Assembly: GCA_035063585.1 (NCBI GenBank)
Contig: JAPSGB010000004.1
Location: 96,001 to 160,000 of the forward strand
DNA from: Polyangiaceae bacterium
GTDB lineage: Bacteria; Myxococcota_A; Polyangia; Polyangiales; Polyangiaceae
Reading direction: 5' to 3'
DNA: 64,000 nt
Shown here: positions 1 through 14,561 of the stretch, one piece after another
Layout of the letters: every line of letters begins with the position of its first letter
Numbering within the stretch: position 1 is the stretch's first letter
Position numbers and translations under genes: made by a program
The notes under the pieces: model-generated
The model's database searches: none
The model's input: only the letters and a program-made list of their open reading frames with translations
What the model was told of the DNA's origin: nothing

Positions 1-43
1 GAGCGCCGGGTCGCGCGCTCCTTGAGCGCGGCGAGCGACCCCG

Positions 44-1345
44 TCAGCACGAGGGCGCGGGCGGACGAGCTTCGGTGAAGAGCCAGGTCATGGCCTGGAT
101 CATCGGAGCGACGTCGGCGGCCGCCGCGAGCTCACGGCATGAGTGCATGGCGAGCATCGGGTTTCCGACGTCGACCGCTCGGATCCCCATCCGGGCCGCG
201 GTGATGGGCCCGATGGTGCTCCCGCAAGGAAGATCATTGCGAGACACGAACCGCTGCGACGAGACTCCAGTCGCGGCGCAAGCCTGCGCGAAGAGCGCGA
301 TGCCGGGCCCATCGCTCGCGTAGGATTGGTTCGCATTCACCTTGATGACAGGGCCTCCGCCGAGCCGCGGGGCGTGCTCCTTGTCGTGCTTGTCGGCGTA
401 GTTCGGGTGTATGGCGTGCGCCATGTCCGCCGAGAGCAGGAACGAACGCGCGAACGCGCGCGCGGCGGCCTGGCTCGTGGCGTGCGGGGAGCTCCCGGCG
501 ACCCGCTCGAGCACGCTGGTGAGAAACCTCGAGCGCGCCCCGGCCGCGCTCTGGCTACCGACCTCCTCGTGGTCGTAGAGCGCCACCACTCTCGTCGCGT
601 CACCCGGCGCGCCGGCGCTCGTGAGGGCGACGAGCGCCGCGTGGCAGCTCCCGAGGTTGTCGAGCCGCGGCGCGCTGATCAGCTCGGCGGCGTCGCCGAT
701 GAGCGCCGAAGGAGCGCTGTCGAACAAACACAGATCCCAACCGAGGAGGTCGTTTGCGCGGAGCCCCTCTCCGAGCTCCTGCGCGACCAGCTCCTTGAAC
801 GGCGGCGCTTCCGGGTCGGTCGCCATGCCGAGCAGCGGCGTAAGCTGAGTCTGCGCGTTCAGCTGGAGCCCGTGGGTGTTCACCTCGCGGTTCAAGTGAA
901 TGGCAAGGTTCGGGATCCGGCAGATTGGACGCGCGAAGCGCACGAGACGCGTCGTTCCATCGGCGAGCGCGACCCTCCCGGCCGCGCCGAGGTCGCGGTC
1001 GAGCCAGGTGCTCTGGAGCGCGCCGCCGTAGACCTCGATCGCGAGCTGCCGGTATCCGCTGGCTCGAACGTCTGCGTTCGGCTTGACGCGCAAACCCGGG
1101 GAGTCCGTGTGCGCGCCGATCAGCAAGAACCCTCCGCGCTCGGGCGGCGCCGCGCCGCACTCGAACGCGACCACGCTCGCGCCGCCGCGCACCACGTAGC
1201 GCTTCGCGCCCGGACCGAGGTCCCACGGCTCGCGCTCGTCGAGCGCCGTGAACCCGTGGGCTTCGAGCCGGCGCACGGACGCGGACGCGGCGTGATACGG
1301 GCTCGGAGAGGCGTCGATGAGCTCGAGCAAATCGCGGGTCGACAC
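44..1345 (-). CDS. apeB: M18 family (aspartyl) aminopeptidase
   Basis: Motifs SPSPYHA, GAHTDSP, WLDRDLG, RLDNL, DHEEVGS, SADMAHAIHPNY, CGSTIGP and MHSCRE are typical of the M18 family. Confidence 0.92.
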   Translation of the reverse strand: MSTRDLLELIDASPSPYHAASASVRRLEAHGFTALDEREPWDLGPGAKRYVVRGGASVVAFECGAAPPERGGFLLIGAHTDSPGLRVKPNADVRASGYRQLAIEVYGGALQSTWLDRDLGAAGRVALADGTTRLVRFARPICRIPNLAIHLNREVNTHGLQLNAQTQLTPLLGMATDPEAPPFKELVAQELGEGLRANDLLGWDLCLFDSAPSALIGDAAELISAPRLDNLGSCHAALVALTSAGAPGDATRVVALYDHEEVGSQSAAGARSRFLTSVLERVAGSSPHATSQAAARAFARSFLLSADMAHAIHPNYADKHDKEHAPRLGGGPVIKVNANQSYASDGPGIALFAQACAATGVSSQRFVSRNDLPCGSTIGPITAARMGIRAVDVGNPMLAMHSCRELAAAADVAPMIQAMTWLFTEARPPAPSC

Positions 1346-1371
1346 GGCGGCGAATATAGTACACCTCCGCG

Positions 1372-2418
1372 GTGCTCACCCGAGACGTCCGAATCGAGGG
1401 GTTCACGGCCACCGATTGGCTCCGTCTGGCCGAGCTCGTGCGGCCGGCTCGAGAGCGGCCCGGTGAGGGAACCTCGCGCGTGGAGTCGAGCGCGCGAGGG
1501 GATGTCGGTCCGGCGCGCAGACGCGGGGGAGTCATCGCTATCACGGTGGGCGCGGAGCTCCGGAAGCTCCTGAGCACGGAGCAGGCGCGACTCGAGCTCG
1601 ACGGTGAGCCGTGGCCGGTACCGCTCGCCGAGCTCGCGGCGCGGCACGGCGTCCGCTGGGCGGTCGCGGTGAGCTCCGATGCGCTCGAGGAGCTGACGGA
1701 GCGGTTCGCCGATCGGCTCCGCCGCGAGCACGATCTCCTGGCGCAGGGGCTCCTCTTGGTCGGGATTCTGCGCGAGCTCGCCGCGGAGGGCGCGATCTCC
1801 GCGTGGCCGTGGCACCCGGCGTCGTGGCCGGTCCCGCGCGAGCGGGTCCTCCTGCGCGCCCTCGACGCCCTGTGTCCCGACGGCAAGACGCTCCTCGTTG
1901 GCGCATTCCACCAGGGCGAGCTCGCGACCTGCCTCGCCGCGCACCGGCGCGCGACGGGCTTCGACAGGCTCGTCGGGCCGGGTCTCTTGCGGCGCGAGAT
2001 GGGCCTGGTGAGCGGCGATTGGCGTCGCGACTACCGTCACCTCGCCCGCGCCGCGGAGCGGACCGTGGGCGAGCTCGCGAACGGCTGCTTCGGAGAGCTC
2101 GACACCTTTCGCCGGCTCGTCGAGGAGCCTCGCCCCGGCGCGTGGGCGGCCGCGGTCGCCGCGCGAGACATCGTGCTCTCCCCCGCGGTCCCGGCGATCG
2201 CCGTGCCGCTCGGGGTGGACGCCGGACGCGCCGCACTCGCGAGCGTGCGCGCCCTCGCGGACCGCTTGGGCGCCACGAACTGGCTCGAGGAGAGCGCGCT
2301 GCTTCGGCCCGCGCTCGAGCGGATGCGCGAGCTGACCCCTGGCCGTGACGAGCTCGAGCGCCTGCTCGGCTTCGATCCGATCGTGCTCGTGCGACGCCTC
2401 CTCGGTCGAGGCGATTGA
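1372..2418 (+). CDS. hypothetical protein, first gene of a probable operon with a histidine kinase and TlpA
   Basis: 348-aa ORF with protein-like composition and GC3-biased codons; a TATAGT -10-like hexamer lies upstream; no domain recognised. Confidence 0.75.
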   Translation: MLTRDVRIEGFTATDWLRLAELVRPARERPGEGTSRVESSARGDVGPARRRGGVIAITVGAELRKLLSTEQARLELDGEPWPVPLAELAARHGVRWAVAVSSDALEELTERFADRLRREHDLLAQGLLLVGILRELAAEGAISAWPWHPASWPVPRERVLLRALDALCPDGKTLLVGAFHQGELATCLAAHRRATGFDRLVGPGLLRREMGLVSGDWRRDYRHLARAAERTVGELANGCFGELDTFRRLVEEPRPGAWAAAVAARDIVLSPAVPAIAVPLGVDAGRAALASVRALADRLGATNWLEESALLRPALERMRELTPGRDELERLLGFDPIVLVRRLLGRGD

Positions 2419-2505
2419 AGGCGCACGCCCGGCGCGGTTCCGCGCCGGACCGGCAACTCCACCGTGCCCCGACCGCGCTTTACCCGGAGCGCGGACCGGG
2501 TGAAG

Positions 2506-4146
2506 ATGCGGTCGATGGTCGCTCCCGGGCGCATTCGGCGCCGGCTGACGCTGGCGATCGTGGTCACGGCCGTCATCCCGCTCCTCGCGGCGGTCTGGCA
2601 GGCCGATTTCTACGTGAGGCAGACCTCCGCCCGCTTCTACACGCCCGAGGTAGGCGCGCACCTCTGGCGTTCGCTCGCGCTCTACCAAGAGCTCGCGCGC
2701 ACGGTGAAGGCTTCGATGCGCGTCGAGGCCGCGGCCATCGCTGCGCGCGAGGACATCCGTCAGGCGGCTGCGCGCGGCGACCAAGCGGCGCTCGCCGAGG
2801 CGCTGCGAGCGCCCTTCGACGACCACGCGGATCTCGTCTCGCTCACGGTGGAAGACGCGGAGGGCACGCGCCTCGGGTTCGCCGACCGAGGCCGCCCGCT
2901 CGATCCCAAGAAGGAGAACGCGCTCGAGGTGACGCGCCCGCTCTCCGACGCCGCCGAGGGGGAGGCCGCGCCGCAGCTCACCGCGGTGTTCGCCGCCGAT
3001 CGCGCGCGCTTCGACGAGCTCGACGAGATGAGTCAATTCGTCGACACCTATCAGCGCATCGAGCGCGGTCGACACACCTACGACAAGCGCTTCGTGTACG
3101 CGTTCGCCGCGCTGCTCGGCATCACCATCCTCGGCGCGGTCGGGGTGGGCGTCCTGCTCTCGCGCGGCGTCTCCACTCGGATCAGCGAGCTCGCCGACGC
3201 TACTCGGCTGGTAGGCGCCGGAGATCTGTCGATCCGCGTCCCCGAGTCCGGCACCGATGAGATCGCCGATCTGGCGCGCGCGTTCAACCGCATGCTGAGC
3301 GAGGTCGGCGCGAGTCGGGCGCGCATCGAGTACCTGCAACGCATCGGCGCGTGGCAGGAGATGGCACGACGACTGGCGCACGAGATCAAGAACCCGCTCA
3401 CGCCCATCCAGCTCGCGGTGCAGGAGGTCCACCGGCGCTACTCGGACGGGGACGCGGGCTACACCAAGCTGCTCGACACTACGCTCGAGATCGTCGAGGA
3501 CGAGGTCGCGACGCTTCGCCGCCTGGTGAGCGAATTCAGCGATTTTGCCCGGATGCCGCAGGCCGAGTTGGTCGAGCAGGATCTGGTCACCTTCCTCGCC
3601 GAGCAGCGCGAGCGGATGAAGGTGCTCGACGAGGAGGGCACGGAGCGCGACGGCGACTCGAGCGCGCATCTGCCCGGCGAGGGCTTCGCCGTGGAACTCC
3701 CGAGCGGCCCCGCGCTCGCCTGCATCGACAAGCAGCTCCTCCGGCGGGCGCTCATCAACCTGATCCGCAACGCCGCGCAGGCGATCGGCGAGGCAGGGCG
3801 TGCGGGAGGGCGCATCGTGGTTCGACTCCACCGCCGCGGCGACTACTGGGTCATCGACATCGACGACGATGGCCCCGGAATCGCGGAGGAGCTCCGCGAC
3901 GCGATCTTCGACCCGTACGTCACCACCAAGACCGACGGCACGGGCCTCGGCCTCGCCATCGTAAAGAAGATCGTCGTCGAGCATGGCGGCAGTATCCGAG
4001 CAGAGGCGAGCCCGCTCGGCGGCGCGCGCATACGCGTCGAGCTGCCGGTCGCGGGCACCGCGGCGGGGACCGCCGCGCGCGACGCGAGCGACTGGCGCGA
4101 GGTGCCCTCGTCGGGTAGAGCGGCCCGTCGCGAGCCCTCAGCATGA
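2506..4146 (+). CDS. membrane sensor histidine kinase (HAMP-HisKA-HATPase, NtrY-like)
   Basis: Two TM segments, HAMP (DEIADLARAFNRM), H-box AWQEMARRLAHEIKNPLTPIQL, N-box NLIRNA, DDGPG and GTGLGL. Start uncertain (2464, 2506 or 2515). Confidence 0.92.
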   Translation: MRSMVAPGRIRRRLTLAIVVTAVIPLLAAVWQADFYVRQTSARFYTPEVGAHLWRSLALYQELARTVKASMRVEAAAIAAREDIRQAAARGDQAALAEALRAPFDDHADLVSLTVEDAEGTRLGFADRGRPLDPKKENALEVTRPLSDAAEGEAAPQLTAVFAADRARFDELDEMSQFVDTYQRIERGRHTYDKRFVYAFAALLGITILGAVGVGVLLSRGVSTRISELADATRLVGAGDLSIRVPESGTDEIADLARAFNRMLSEVGASRARIEYLQRIGAWQEMARRLAHEIKNPLTPIQLAVQEVHRRYSDGDAGYTKLLDTTLEIVEDEVATLRRLVSEFSDFARMPQAELVEQDLVTFLAEQRERMKVLDEEGTERDGDSSAHLPGEGFAVELPSGPALACIDKQLLRRALINLIRNAAQAIGEAGRAGGRIVVRLHRRGDYWVIDIDDDGPGIAEELRDAIFDPYVTTKTDGTGLGLAIVKKIVVEHGGSIRAEASPLGGARIRVELPVAGTAAGTAARDASDWREVPSSGRAARREPSA

Positions 4147-4724
4147 CGGAACATCACCGCGAGGCCGCGACGAGCGCCGCACCGAAGGCTGCGCGGCGCG
4201 GTGGCCGCGTGCTCTCGCGGCGTCGCGTCGTGCTCGCGCTCGGCGCGGCGCTCGTCGTAGGCGTCATCCTGCCGCGGGTGTGGTCCCGGCGTCGCGCGAG
4301 AGCGGTCCCCGCGCCGGACTTCGTGCTGCCCGTCATCTATAACGGTGAAGAGGGCAGCCGCGTACGGCTCTCCGATGCTCGCGGGAGCGCGGTGCTGCTC
4401 GACTTCTGGGCGAGCTGGTGCGGACCGTGCCAGGAGCAGGCGCCCATCGTCGACGAGCTCGCCCGGCGGTATCGAGCCCGCGGCCTCGTCGTCCTCGGGA
4501 TCGACACCGGTGACGAACAGGAAGCCGCGATCCGCTGGGCGCAGAGTCGCAAGCTCTCGTACGCGGTGGCCTTCGACGGCGGGGAGGTCGCCGCGGCGTA
4601 TCGCGTCGAGGGGCTGCCCACGCTCGTGGTCATCGATCGGCGCGGACGAATCGTGGCGACCCGGACCCGCGTGGTGAGCGAGGCTGAGCTCTCGCGCTTG
4701 GTCGACGAGGCGCTCGCCGAATAG
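4143..4724 (+). CDS. TlpA/ResA-like thiol-disulfide oxidoreductase
   Basis: N-terminal TM, APDF, DFWASWCGPC and GLPTLVVID; ATGA overlap with the kinase stop codon. Confidence 0.9.
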   Translation: MTEHHREAATSAAPKAARRGGRVLSRRRVVLALGAALVVGVILPRVWSRRRARAVPAPDFVLPVIYNGEEGSRVRLSDARGSAVLLDFWASWCGPCQEQAPIVDELARRYRARGLVVLGIDTGDEQEAAIRWAQSRKLSYAVAFDGGEVAAAYRVEGLPTLVVIDRRGRIVATRTRVVSEAELSRLVDEALAE

Positions 4725-4772
4725 GCGCGAGGCGTGCGCCTCGCGCGCGAGTCTGTTAGTGTGGCAGGCGCG

Positions 4773-5156
4773 ATGGAGACCTTCGAGGAGTTTTGGCCCT
4801 TCTACGTGCGCGAGCATCGGAAGAAGCTCACGCGACAGTTCCACTTCGTCGGGACCACGCTGGCGCTCGGCTGCGCCGCCGGCGCGCTGCTCACGCGCCG
4901 GCGCTGGCTGCTCGCGCTGGCACCGATCGCCGGCTATGGGCCCGCGTGGTTCAGCCACTTCTTCGTGGAGAAGAACCGCCCCGCGACGTTCAAGCACCCG
5001 CTCTGGAGCCTGCAAGCGGATTTCGTCATGTGGACGAAGATGCTCCGCGGCACGATGGACGCCGAGGTCGAGCGCGTGCTCGCCGAGAGCTCACCGAAGA
5101 TCGACGACGATCCGGAGATCCGGACCAACATGCAGACGGACGGCACGCTGCACTGA
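4773..5156 (+). CDS. DUF962/Mpo1-like small membrane protein
   Basis: FEEFWPFYVREH, HFVGT and GYGPAWFSHFFVEKNRPATFKHPLWSL signature. Confidence 0.85.
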   Translation: METFEEFWPFYVREHRKKLTRQFHFVGTTLALGCAAGALLTRRRWLLALAPIAGYGPAWFSHFFVEKNRPATFKHPLWSLQADFVMWTKMLRGTMDAEVERVLAESSPKIDDDPEIRTNMQTDGTLH

Positions 5157-5271
5157 ACGAACATGGCGGCCCGCCGCGGGCCGCCCCATGGCTTCCGCGC
5201 GCGCCCGCTCGAGCGCGACGCTCTCGGCGGGGCTTGCCGAGCGCGCTCGGGCGGGCTTCACTGTCTCCCCC

Positions 5272-6360
5272 ATGACGGTCCACGCGATCATCCTCGCCGG
5301 CGGGAGCGGAACTCGCTTCTGGCCGGCATCGCGTCAGGGAAACCCGAAGCAACTCCTCCCGCTCGGCCCGCAGGCGGACGAGAGCCTGATCGCCGCCACG
5401 GTCAGGCGAATCGCGCCGCTCTGCCCGCCCGAGCGCACGCTGGTCGCCACCGGCGCGAGGCTGCTCGACGCGACACGGCGCGCGCTGCCGGGGCTCCCCG
5501 ACTCGGCTTTCCTCGGCGAGCCGATCGCTCGCAACACGGCGCCGTGCATCGGCTGGGCGACCGCCGTGGCGGCGCGCCGCGACCCGGACGCCGTGGTCAT
5601 GGTGCTGCCGAGCGACCACCACATCGGCGACGTCCCGGCGTTCCAGGCAGCGCTCGCCACCGCGCTCGCGGCGGCCGAGCGCGGGCGCATCACCACCATC
5701 GGGATCACGCCGACCCGCCCGGACACTGGCTTCGGCTACATCGAGGCCGGCGCGGGCGACGACTCGGGCGTGCGGCGCGTCGCGCGCTTCGTCGAGAAGC
5801 CCGATCGCGTACACGCCGAGGAGTATCTCGCGAGCGGCCGGTACTTCTGGAACAGCGGGATGTTCTTCTTTCGCGCTCAGGTGATGCTGGACGCCATTTT
5901 GCGCCACCTGCCCGCGCTCTCCGAGGGCCTCTCCCGGGTGGAGCGCGCCGCCGCGCTCGGGCCCGACGCCGAGCGCGAGGCGGTCCGCGCCATGTTCGAG
6001 GCCGCCGAGCCGATCAGCATCGACTACGGCATCATGGAGAGAGAGGCCGAGCTGAACGTCGTCCCGGGGAGCTTCGGTTGGAGCGATCTCGGGAGCTGGG
6101 AGAGCGCATGGGAGCTGTCGCCGAAGGACGACCAAGGCAACGCAGCCCCCGCGAGCGCCATCTTGTGTGATTCACGGAGCAACCTGGTCCGAGATCTTCG
6201 CACCGATCGCGCCGCCCGCGTGATCGCCCTGGTCGGCGTGGAGGATCTCTGCATCGTCGAGACGGACGACGCCTTGCTCGTCATCCCACGGGACCGCGCC
6301 CAGGACGTCCGCCAAGTGGTCGCCGAGCTCACTCGACGCCAGGAGGAGGATAGACTGTGA
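5272..6360 (+). CDS. manC: mannose-1-phosphate guanylyltransferase
   Basis: ILAGGSGTRFWPASR, PKQLL, EPIARNTAP, LPSDH, FVEKPD, WNSGMF, ISIDYGIME and WSDLGSW; no C-terminal isomerase cupin. Confidence 0.93.
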   Translation: MTVHAIILAGGSGTRFWPASRQGNPKQLLPLGPQADESLIAATVRRIAPLCPPERTLVATGARLLDATRRALPGLPDSAFLGEPIARNTAPCIGWATAVAARRDPDAVVMVLPSDHHIGDVPAFQAALATALAAAERGRITTIGITPTRPDTGFGYIEAGAGDDSGVRRVARFVEKPDRVHAEEYLASGRYFWNSGMFFFRAQVMLDAILRHLPALSEGLSRVERAAALGPDAEREAVRAMFEAAEPISIDYGIMEREAELNVVPGSFGWSDLGSWESAWELSPKDDQGNAAPASAILCDSRSNLVRDLRTDRAARVIALVGVEDLCIVETDDALLVIPRDRAQDVRQVVAELTRRQEEDRL

Positions 6361-6785
6361 GGCGCTGGGGCCCGCTCGTCACGGCGATGATCACCCTCGC
6401 GAGCTGCCACAACGCCACCAAGGAGACGGAGTGTGCGCGCTTCGTCGAGCTCGTGAACGGGTCGCTCGTGGAGATCAACCGTCACACCCGGATCCAGGGG
6501 CTCGACGGGCCTCGCATGGTCACCGAAATGACCCAGCTCGCGAGCCTCTACGACAAGCTCGCCGCGGACATCGGCAAGCTGCCGCTGTCCACCTCGGCGC
6601 TCTCGACCCGGGCGGAGGACTACCGGCGCATGGCTCAGAGCGCGGCGAGCGCGGCGCGACATCTCGCGACGGCGGTCAGCGAGGCCGATCCGAAGGCGCT
6701 GAGCATTGCCGATCACGAGTTCAAGGCGGTCGTCGAGCGCGAGGCGAAGCTCATCGAGGCCATCGACGCCGAGTGTAAGCGCTGA
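6357..6785 (+). CDS. hypothetical helical lipoprotein
   Basis: Signal peptide with lipobox LASC; GTGA overlap with manC; two further Cys residues. Confidence 0.7.
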   Translation: MRRWGPLVTAMITLASCHNATKETECARFVELVNGSLVEINRHTRIQGLDGPRMVTEMTQLASLYDKLAADIGKLPLSTSALSTRAEDYRRMAQSAASAARHLATAVSEADPKALSIADHEFKAVVEREAKLIEAIDAECKR

Positions 6786-6794
6786 AGCCGGCGC

Positions 6795-7058
6795 TCAGCC
6801 CTTCGGCATGATGAGCCAGTAGAACGCAGCCGCGCCCATGCACCAGCTCCACACCGTCATCACGTCCGAGAGCCTATAGCTCGAGACGGGGACCTCCTCG
6901 GCGTTACTCCAGCCCCACACGAACGCATAGGGGAACACCACGAGCCCGAGCAAGGCCGTGGATGCGCTCTCGTACTTGTACATCTGGTAGGCGACCACCA
7001 AGAGGCAGCCAACGCTGAAGACGGCGAAGCAGAGCACAGCGGGAAGGAGTCCGGTCAT
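6795..7058 (-). CDS. small hypothetical membrane protein
   Basis: 87 aa with three hydrophobic segments and a FPYAFVWGW motif; GAGG SD-like sequence upstream. Confidence 0.65.
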   Translation of the reverse strand: MTGLLPAVLCFAVFSVGCLLVVAYQMYKYESASTALLGLVVFPYAFVWGWSNAEEVPVSSYRLSDVMTVWSWCMGAAAFYWLIMPKG

Positions 7059-7173
7059 GGTTCCTCGGCGCGCCGGGCGAAGCGGCGCGGGGGCACATGC
7101 TGCGAGAAATCGCGCGTCGGCGCAAGCTCGCGCCCGGGGGCGGTCGGCCCCCGGCCACCCGGGGCGCCCTCGT

Positions 7174-9321
<2,148 letters not shown>

Positions 9322-9398
9322 CTTCCCCCAGCCGCGGCTCTCTTTCAACCCCCGCTCAGCCGCCGAGCCGCCCCCCCGCCCACGCTTGGCGCGTCTCA

Positions 9399-9432
9399 CG
9401 CTCGCGCTCGCGCTCGCGCTCGCTTCGCGCTC
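9399..9432. repeat. (CGCTCG)n short tandem hexamer tract
   Basis: About four exact hexamer units plus a degenerate one in the hppA-uvrB intergenic region. Confidence 0.6.
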
Positions 9433-9518
9433 GGGCCGACTCGACCCCCAAAACGAAGTGGGCGGCCCCGGGAAGGAGCCGCCCAGCTTTCGGTCGCCGC
9501 GTCAGCCGCGAGCGCGCG

Positions 9519-12005
<2,487 letters not shown>

Positions 12006-12197
12006 CGGAGACCTCTACACTCGTTGCATGCGCGCTCCGCTCATCACGCGGCCCGCGCGGCTTCGAGGGGTTGGCCGCCACTTCGCGTGGCGCTTCAGCT
12101 CGCCTCGGCTCTCTCCCGAACCGGGTGGAAAGCGACGGCCAATTACCAAAAACCAGTCGCCATGCCAACGGACGCGCGCTCGAGCCGGAGCGCACGT

Positions 12198-12209
12198 TCA
12201 ACATGTTGA
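12198..12209. promoter_or_regulatory. perfect 12-bp palindrome TCAACATGTTGA in an AT-rich patch upstream of hppA
   Basis: Read directly from the sequence; an operator role is inferred. Confidence 0.45.
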
Positions 12210-12253
12210 TTTTATTGTTGTTTGTTCCGGCGCGGAAGCTAGGTGGGCGTCCG

Positions 12254-13318
12254 CTACGGAAATAGTGCCACTTCCGGGAGCCCGAGGCCGTCGGCGAGCC
12301 CGAGCGCCACGTTGAGCGCCTGGACGGCCTGCGCCGAGGCTCCTCGCGTCAGGTTGTCGATCGCGCCGAACGCGAGCACGGTCCCGGTGCGCTCATCGAG
12401 CGCGTAGGCGACGTGGGCGCGCGCCGACCCGCGGACCCAGAGCGTGTCCGGTAGCCGGCCCTCATCGAGCACGGTGACGAGCCCCTCGCGGTAGTGCTCG
12501 CGCGCGGCGGCGCGACACGCCTCGGCGGTCGTCCCGGGCCGCGCGAGCGCGTACCCGACGCTCAGGATGCCGCGCGTCATCGGGACCAGGTGCGGCGTGA
12601 ACACGACGGTCACCGGTTCGCCGGCGGCGCGGGACAACTCCTGCTCGATCTCGGGCGTATGGCGGTGCGCTCCGGCGACCTTGTAGGCGCGGAGCCCCTC
12701 GCTGGTCTCCGAGAAGTGCGTCGACGGCGCGGGCGTGCGCCCGGCGCCGCTCACGCCACTCTTCGAGTCGATGATGATCCCTCGCGGCTCGACCAGCCCG
12801 CGCGCCAGCAAGGGCGCGAGCGGGAGCACCGAGCTGGTCGGATAGCAGCCGGGCGCGGCGATGAGCCGCGCTCCCGCGAGCTCCGCTCGGTGGAGCTCGG
12901 GCTGACCATAGACGGCGCGCGAGAGCAGCGCAGGCGCCGGGTGCTCACCATAGAACGCCGCGTAGGTCGCTGGATCGCGGAGCCGGAAGTCGGCCGAGAG
13001 ATCGACCACCCGCGCGCCGGCTTCGAAGAGCGCGGCGCCGACCCGCGCGCTGGTCGCGTGTGGGAGCGCGGTGAACACCACGTCGGCGCGCGTGGCGGCG
13101 GCCGCGGCGTCGTCCGGCTCGAACCGCTCGAGCACGCGGTCGCCGAGCCCGGCGACGCCGTCCATCGAGGGCAGCACCTCGCCGAGGCGCCGGCCTGCGC
13201 GCTCACGCGCCGCGACCCACGCCAGCTCGAGCCGCGGGTGCCCGTGCACCAGTCGGAGCAGCTCCGCTCCGGTGTAGCCGGCGGCGCCGACGATCCCGAC
13301 GCGAACCCGTTCGGACAT
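12254..13318 (-). CDS. argC: N-acetyl-gamma-glutamyl-phosphate reductase
   Basis: GAAGYTG, VDLSADFR, APGCYPT, SGVSGAGR, HRHTPEI, PHLVPMTRG and IDNL.RGA. Confidence 0.96.
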   Translation of the reverse strand: MSERVRVGIVGAAGYTGAELLRLVHGHPRLELAWVAARERAGRRLGEVLPSMDGVAGLGDRVLERFEPDDAAAAATRADVVFTALPHATSARVGAALFEAGARVVDLSADFRLRDPATYAAFYGEHPAPALLSRAVYGQPELHRAELAGARLIAAPGCYPTSSVLPLAPLLARGLVEPRGIIIDSKSGVSGAGRTPAPSTHFSETSEGLRAYKVAGAHRHTPEIEQELSRAAGEPVTVVFTPHLVPMTRGILSVGYALARPGTTAEACRAAAREHYREGLVTVLDEGRLPDTLWVRGSARAHVAYALDERTGTVLAFGAIDNLTRGASAQAVQALNVALGLADGLGLPEVALFP

Positions 13319-13437
13319 GGGCCGCATCTACCACGCCGCGACGAAGCGCTCGGCGCGATCTTGCGCCGAACCGACCTCACCCCCACAAAAAGCAGCTCGG
13401 CGCCCCGAACCGCCGGGGCGCCGAGGCGAGCGCATGC

Positions 13438-13836
13438 TCAGCGCTTCGAGTACTGGAAGCGCTTGCGAGCGCCAGCCTGACCGTACTTCTTGCGCTCCTT
13501 CTTGCGGGCATCGCGGGTAAGGAACCCGGCGCGCTTGAGCGCGCCGCGCCGCTCGAGATCCTCGCTCGAGAGCGCCCGAGCTACGCCGTGGCGCACGGCC
13601 TCCGCCTGCGCGCTGTGCCCACCGCCGGCGACCGTGGCGCGGACGTCGTATTTGTCGGTGAGCTCGAGGAGCTCGAGGCTCTGCCGCGCGACCATCCGCG
13701 ACGTCTCGCGCTCGAAGTAGACCGCGACGTCGGTGCCGTTGATCGTGATCTGGCCGCTGCCCGGGGAGATCCAGACGCGCGCGACGGCCGTCTTGCGCTT
13801 GCCGGTGGCGTAAAGAGGGGTAGTAGCTTCGGACAT
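13438..13836 (-). CDS. rpsI: 30S ribosomal protein S9
   Basis: [13 protein letters not shown] and C-terminal [14 protein letters not shown]...FQYSKR. Confidence 0.98.
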   Translation of the reverse strand: MSEATTPLYATGKRKTAVARVWISPGSGQITINGTDVAVYFERETSRMVARQSLELLELTDKYDVRATVAGGGHSAQAEAVRHGVARALSSEDLERRGALKRAGFLTRDARKKERKKYGQAGARKRFQYSKR

Positions 13837-13852
13837 TGCTTCTGTTCTCGAC

Positions 13853-14287
13853 TCAGAGCGGGAGGGGCTCGGGCTTCTGGGCTTGGTGCGGGTGGTCCCC
13901 CGAACCGTAAATCTTGAGTTTGCTCAGCATCTCGCGGCCGAGCACGTTCTTCGGGAGCATTCCCTTCACGGCGAGCTCGATGGGCCGCTCCGGGAAGCGC
14001 GCGATGAGCTTCTCGAAGCTCTGCTCGCGGATGCCGCCCGGGTAGCCGCTGTGCCGGTAGTACTTCTTGTCGGTCGCCTTGTTGCCGGTGACCTTCACCG
14101 CCGCCGCGTTCACCACGATGACGAAATCGCCAGTGTCGAGGTGCGGCGTGTAGGTGGCCTTGTGCTTGCCGCGGAGGATGGTGGCGACGCGGGTCGCCAG
14201 CCGACCGAGCGGCTGATCCTTGGCGTCGATGACCCACCACTTGCGGGTGGCCTGTGCCTCGGCGGTTTTCGCCATGTAAGTGCGCAT
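13853..14287 (-). CDS. rplM: 50S ribosomal protein L13
   Basis: [43 protein letters not shown] and HPHQAQKP. Confidence 0.98.
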   Translation of the reverse strand: MRTYMAKTAEAQATRKWWVIDAKDQPLGRLATRVATILRGKHKATYTPHLDTGDFVIVVNAAAVKVTGNKATDKKYYRHSGYPGGIREQSFEKLIARFPERPIELAVKGMLPKNVLGREMLSKLKIYGSGDHPHQAQKPEPLPL

Positions 14288-14364
14288 GATGAGGGACCTC
14301 TGACTCGGGTGCCACGGGGCCGCTCCGCGACGAGACGCGCGGCGCGGGAGCAGCGGGGGGGTGG

Positions 14365-14393
14365 TTTCTAGCCGCGAGCCCCCGGCTCGTCAA
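14365..14393 (-). promoter_or_regulatory. sigma70-type promoter of rplM-rpsI
   Basis: Minus strand TTGACG-N17-TAGAAA, about 78 bp upstream of rplM. Confidence 0.65.
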
Positions 14394-14561
14394 GAACGCT
14401 CGGGGGGCCGGGTCGCGCCGGGCGGAGGCCTAGCGAACGGGCTTGAACCCGGGAGGAGTCCGGGCCAGATTCTTGGGTCTTGCACGCTGCCTTGACTCGG
14501 GCCACCCCCGCCCCAGGCGGCGCCGCCCCTCGGTCGACCCGGGAAAGGCCTGGATTTTCCG

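Noticed and set aside
1120..3984. 954-aa minus-strand ORF, and similar long antisense ORFs such as 9789-11963, 17810-19618 and 51010-52950
   Set aside because: Shadow ORFs opposite well-supported genes; stop codons are rare at this GC content.
12150..12170. sigma54-like TGGCAT site upstream of hppA
   Set aside because: The -12 position reads GG rather than GC, so the required GG-N10-GC is absent.
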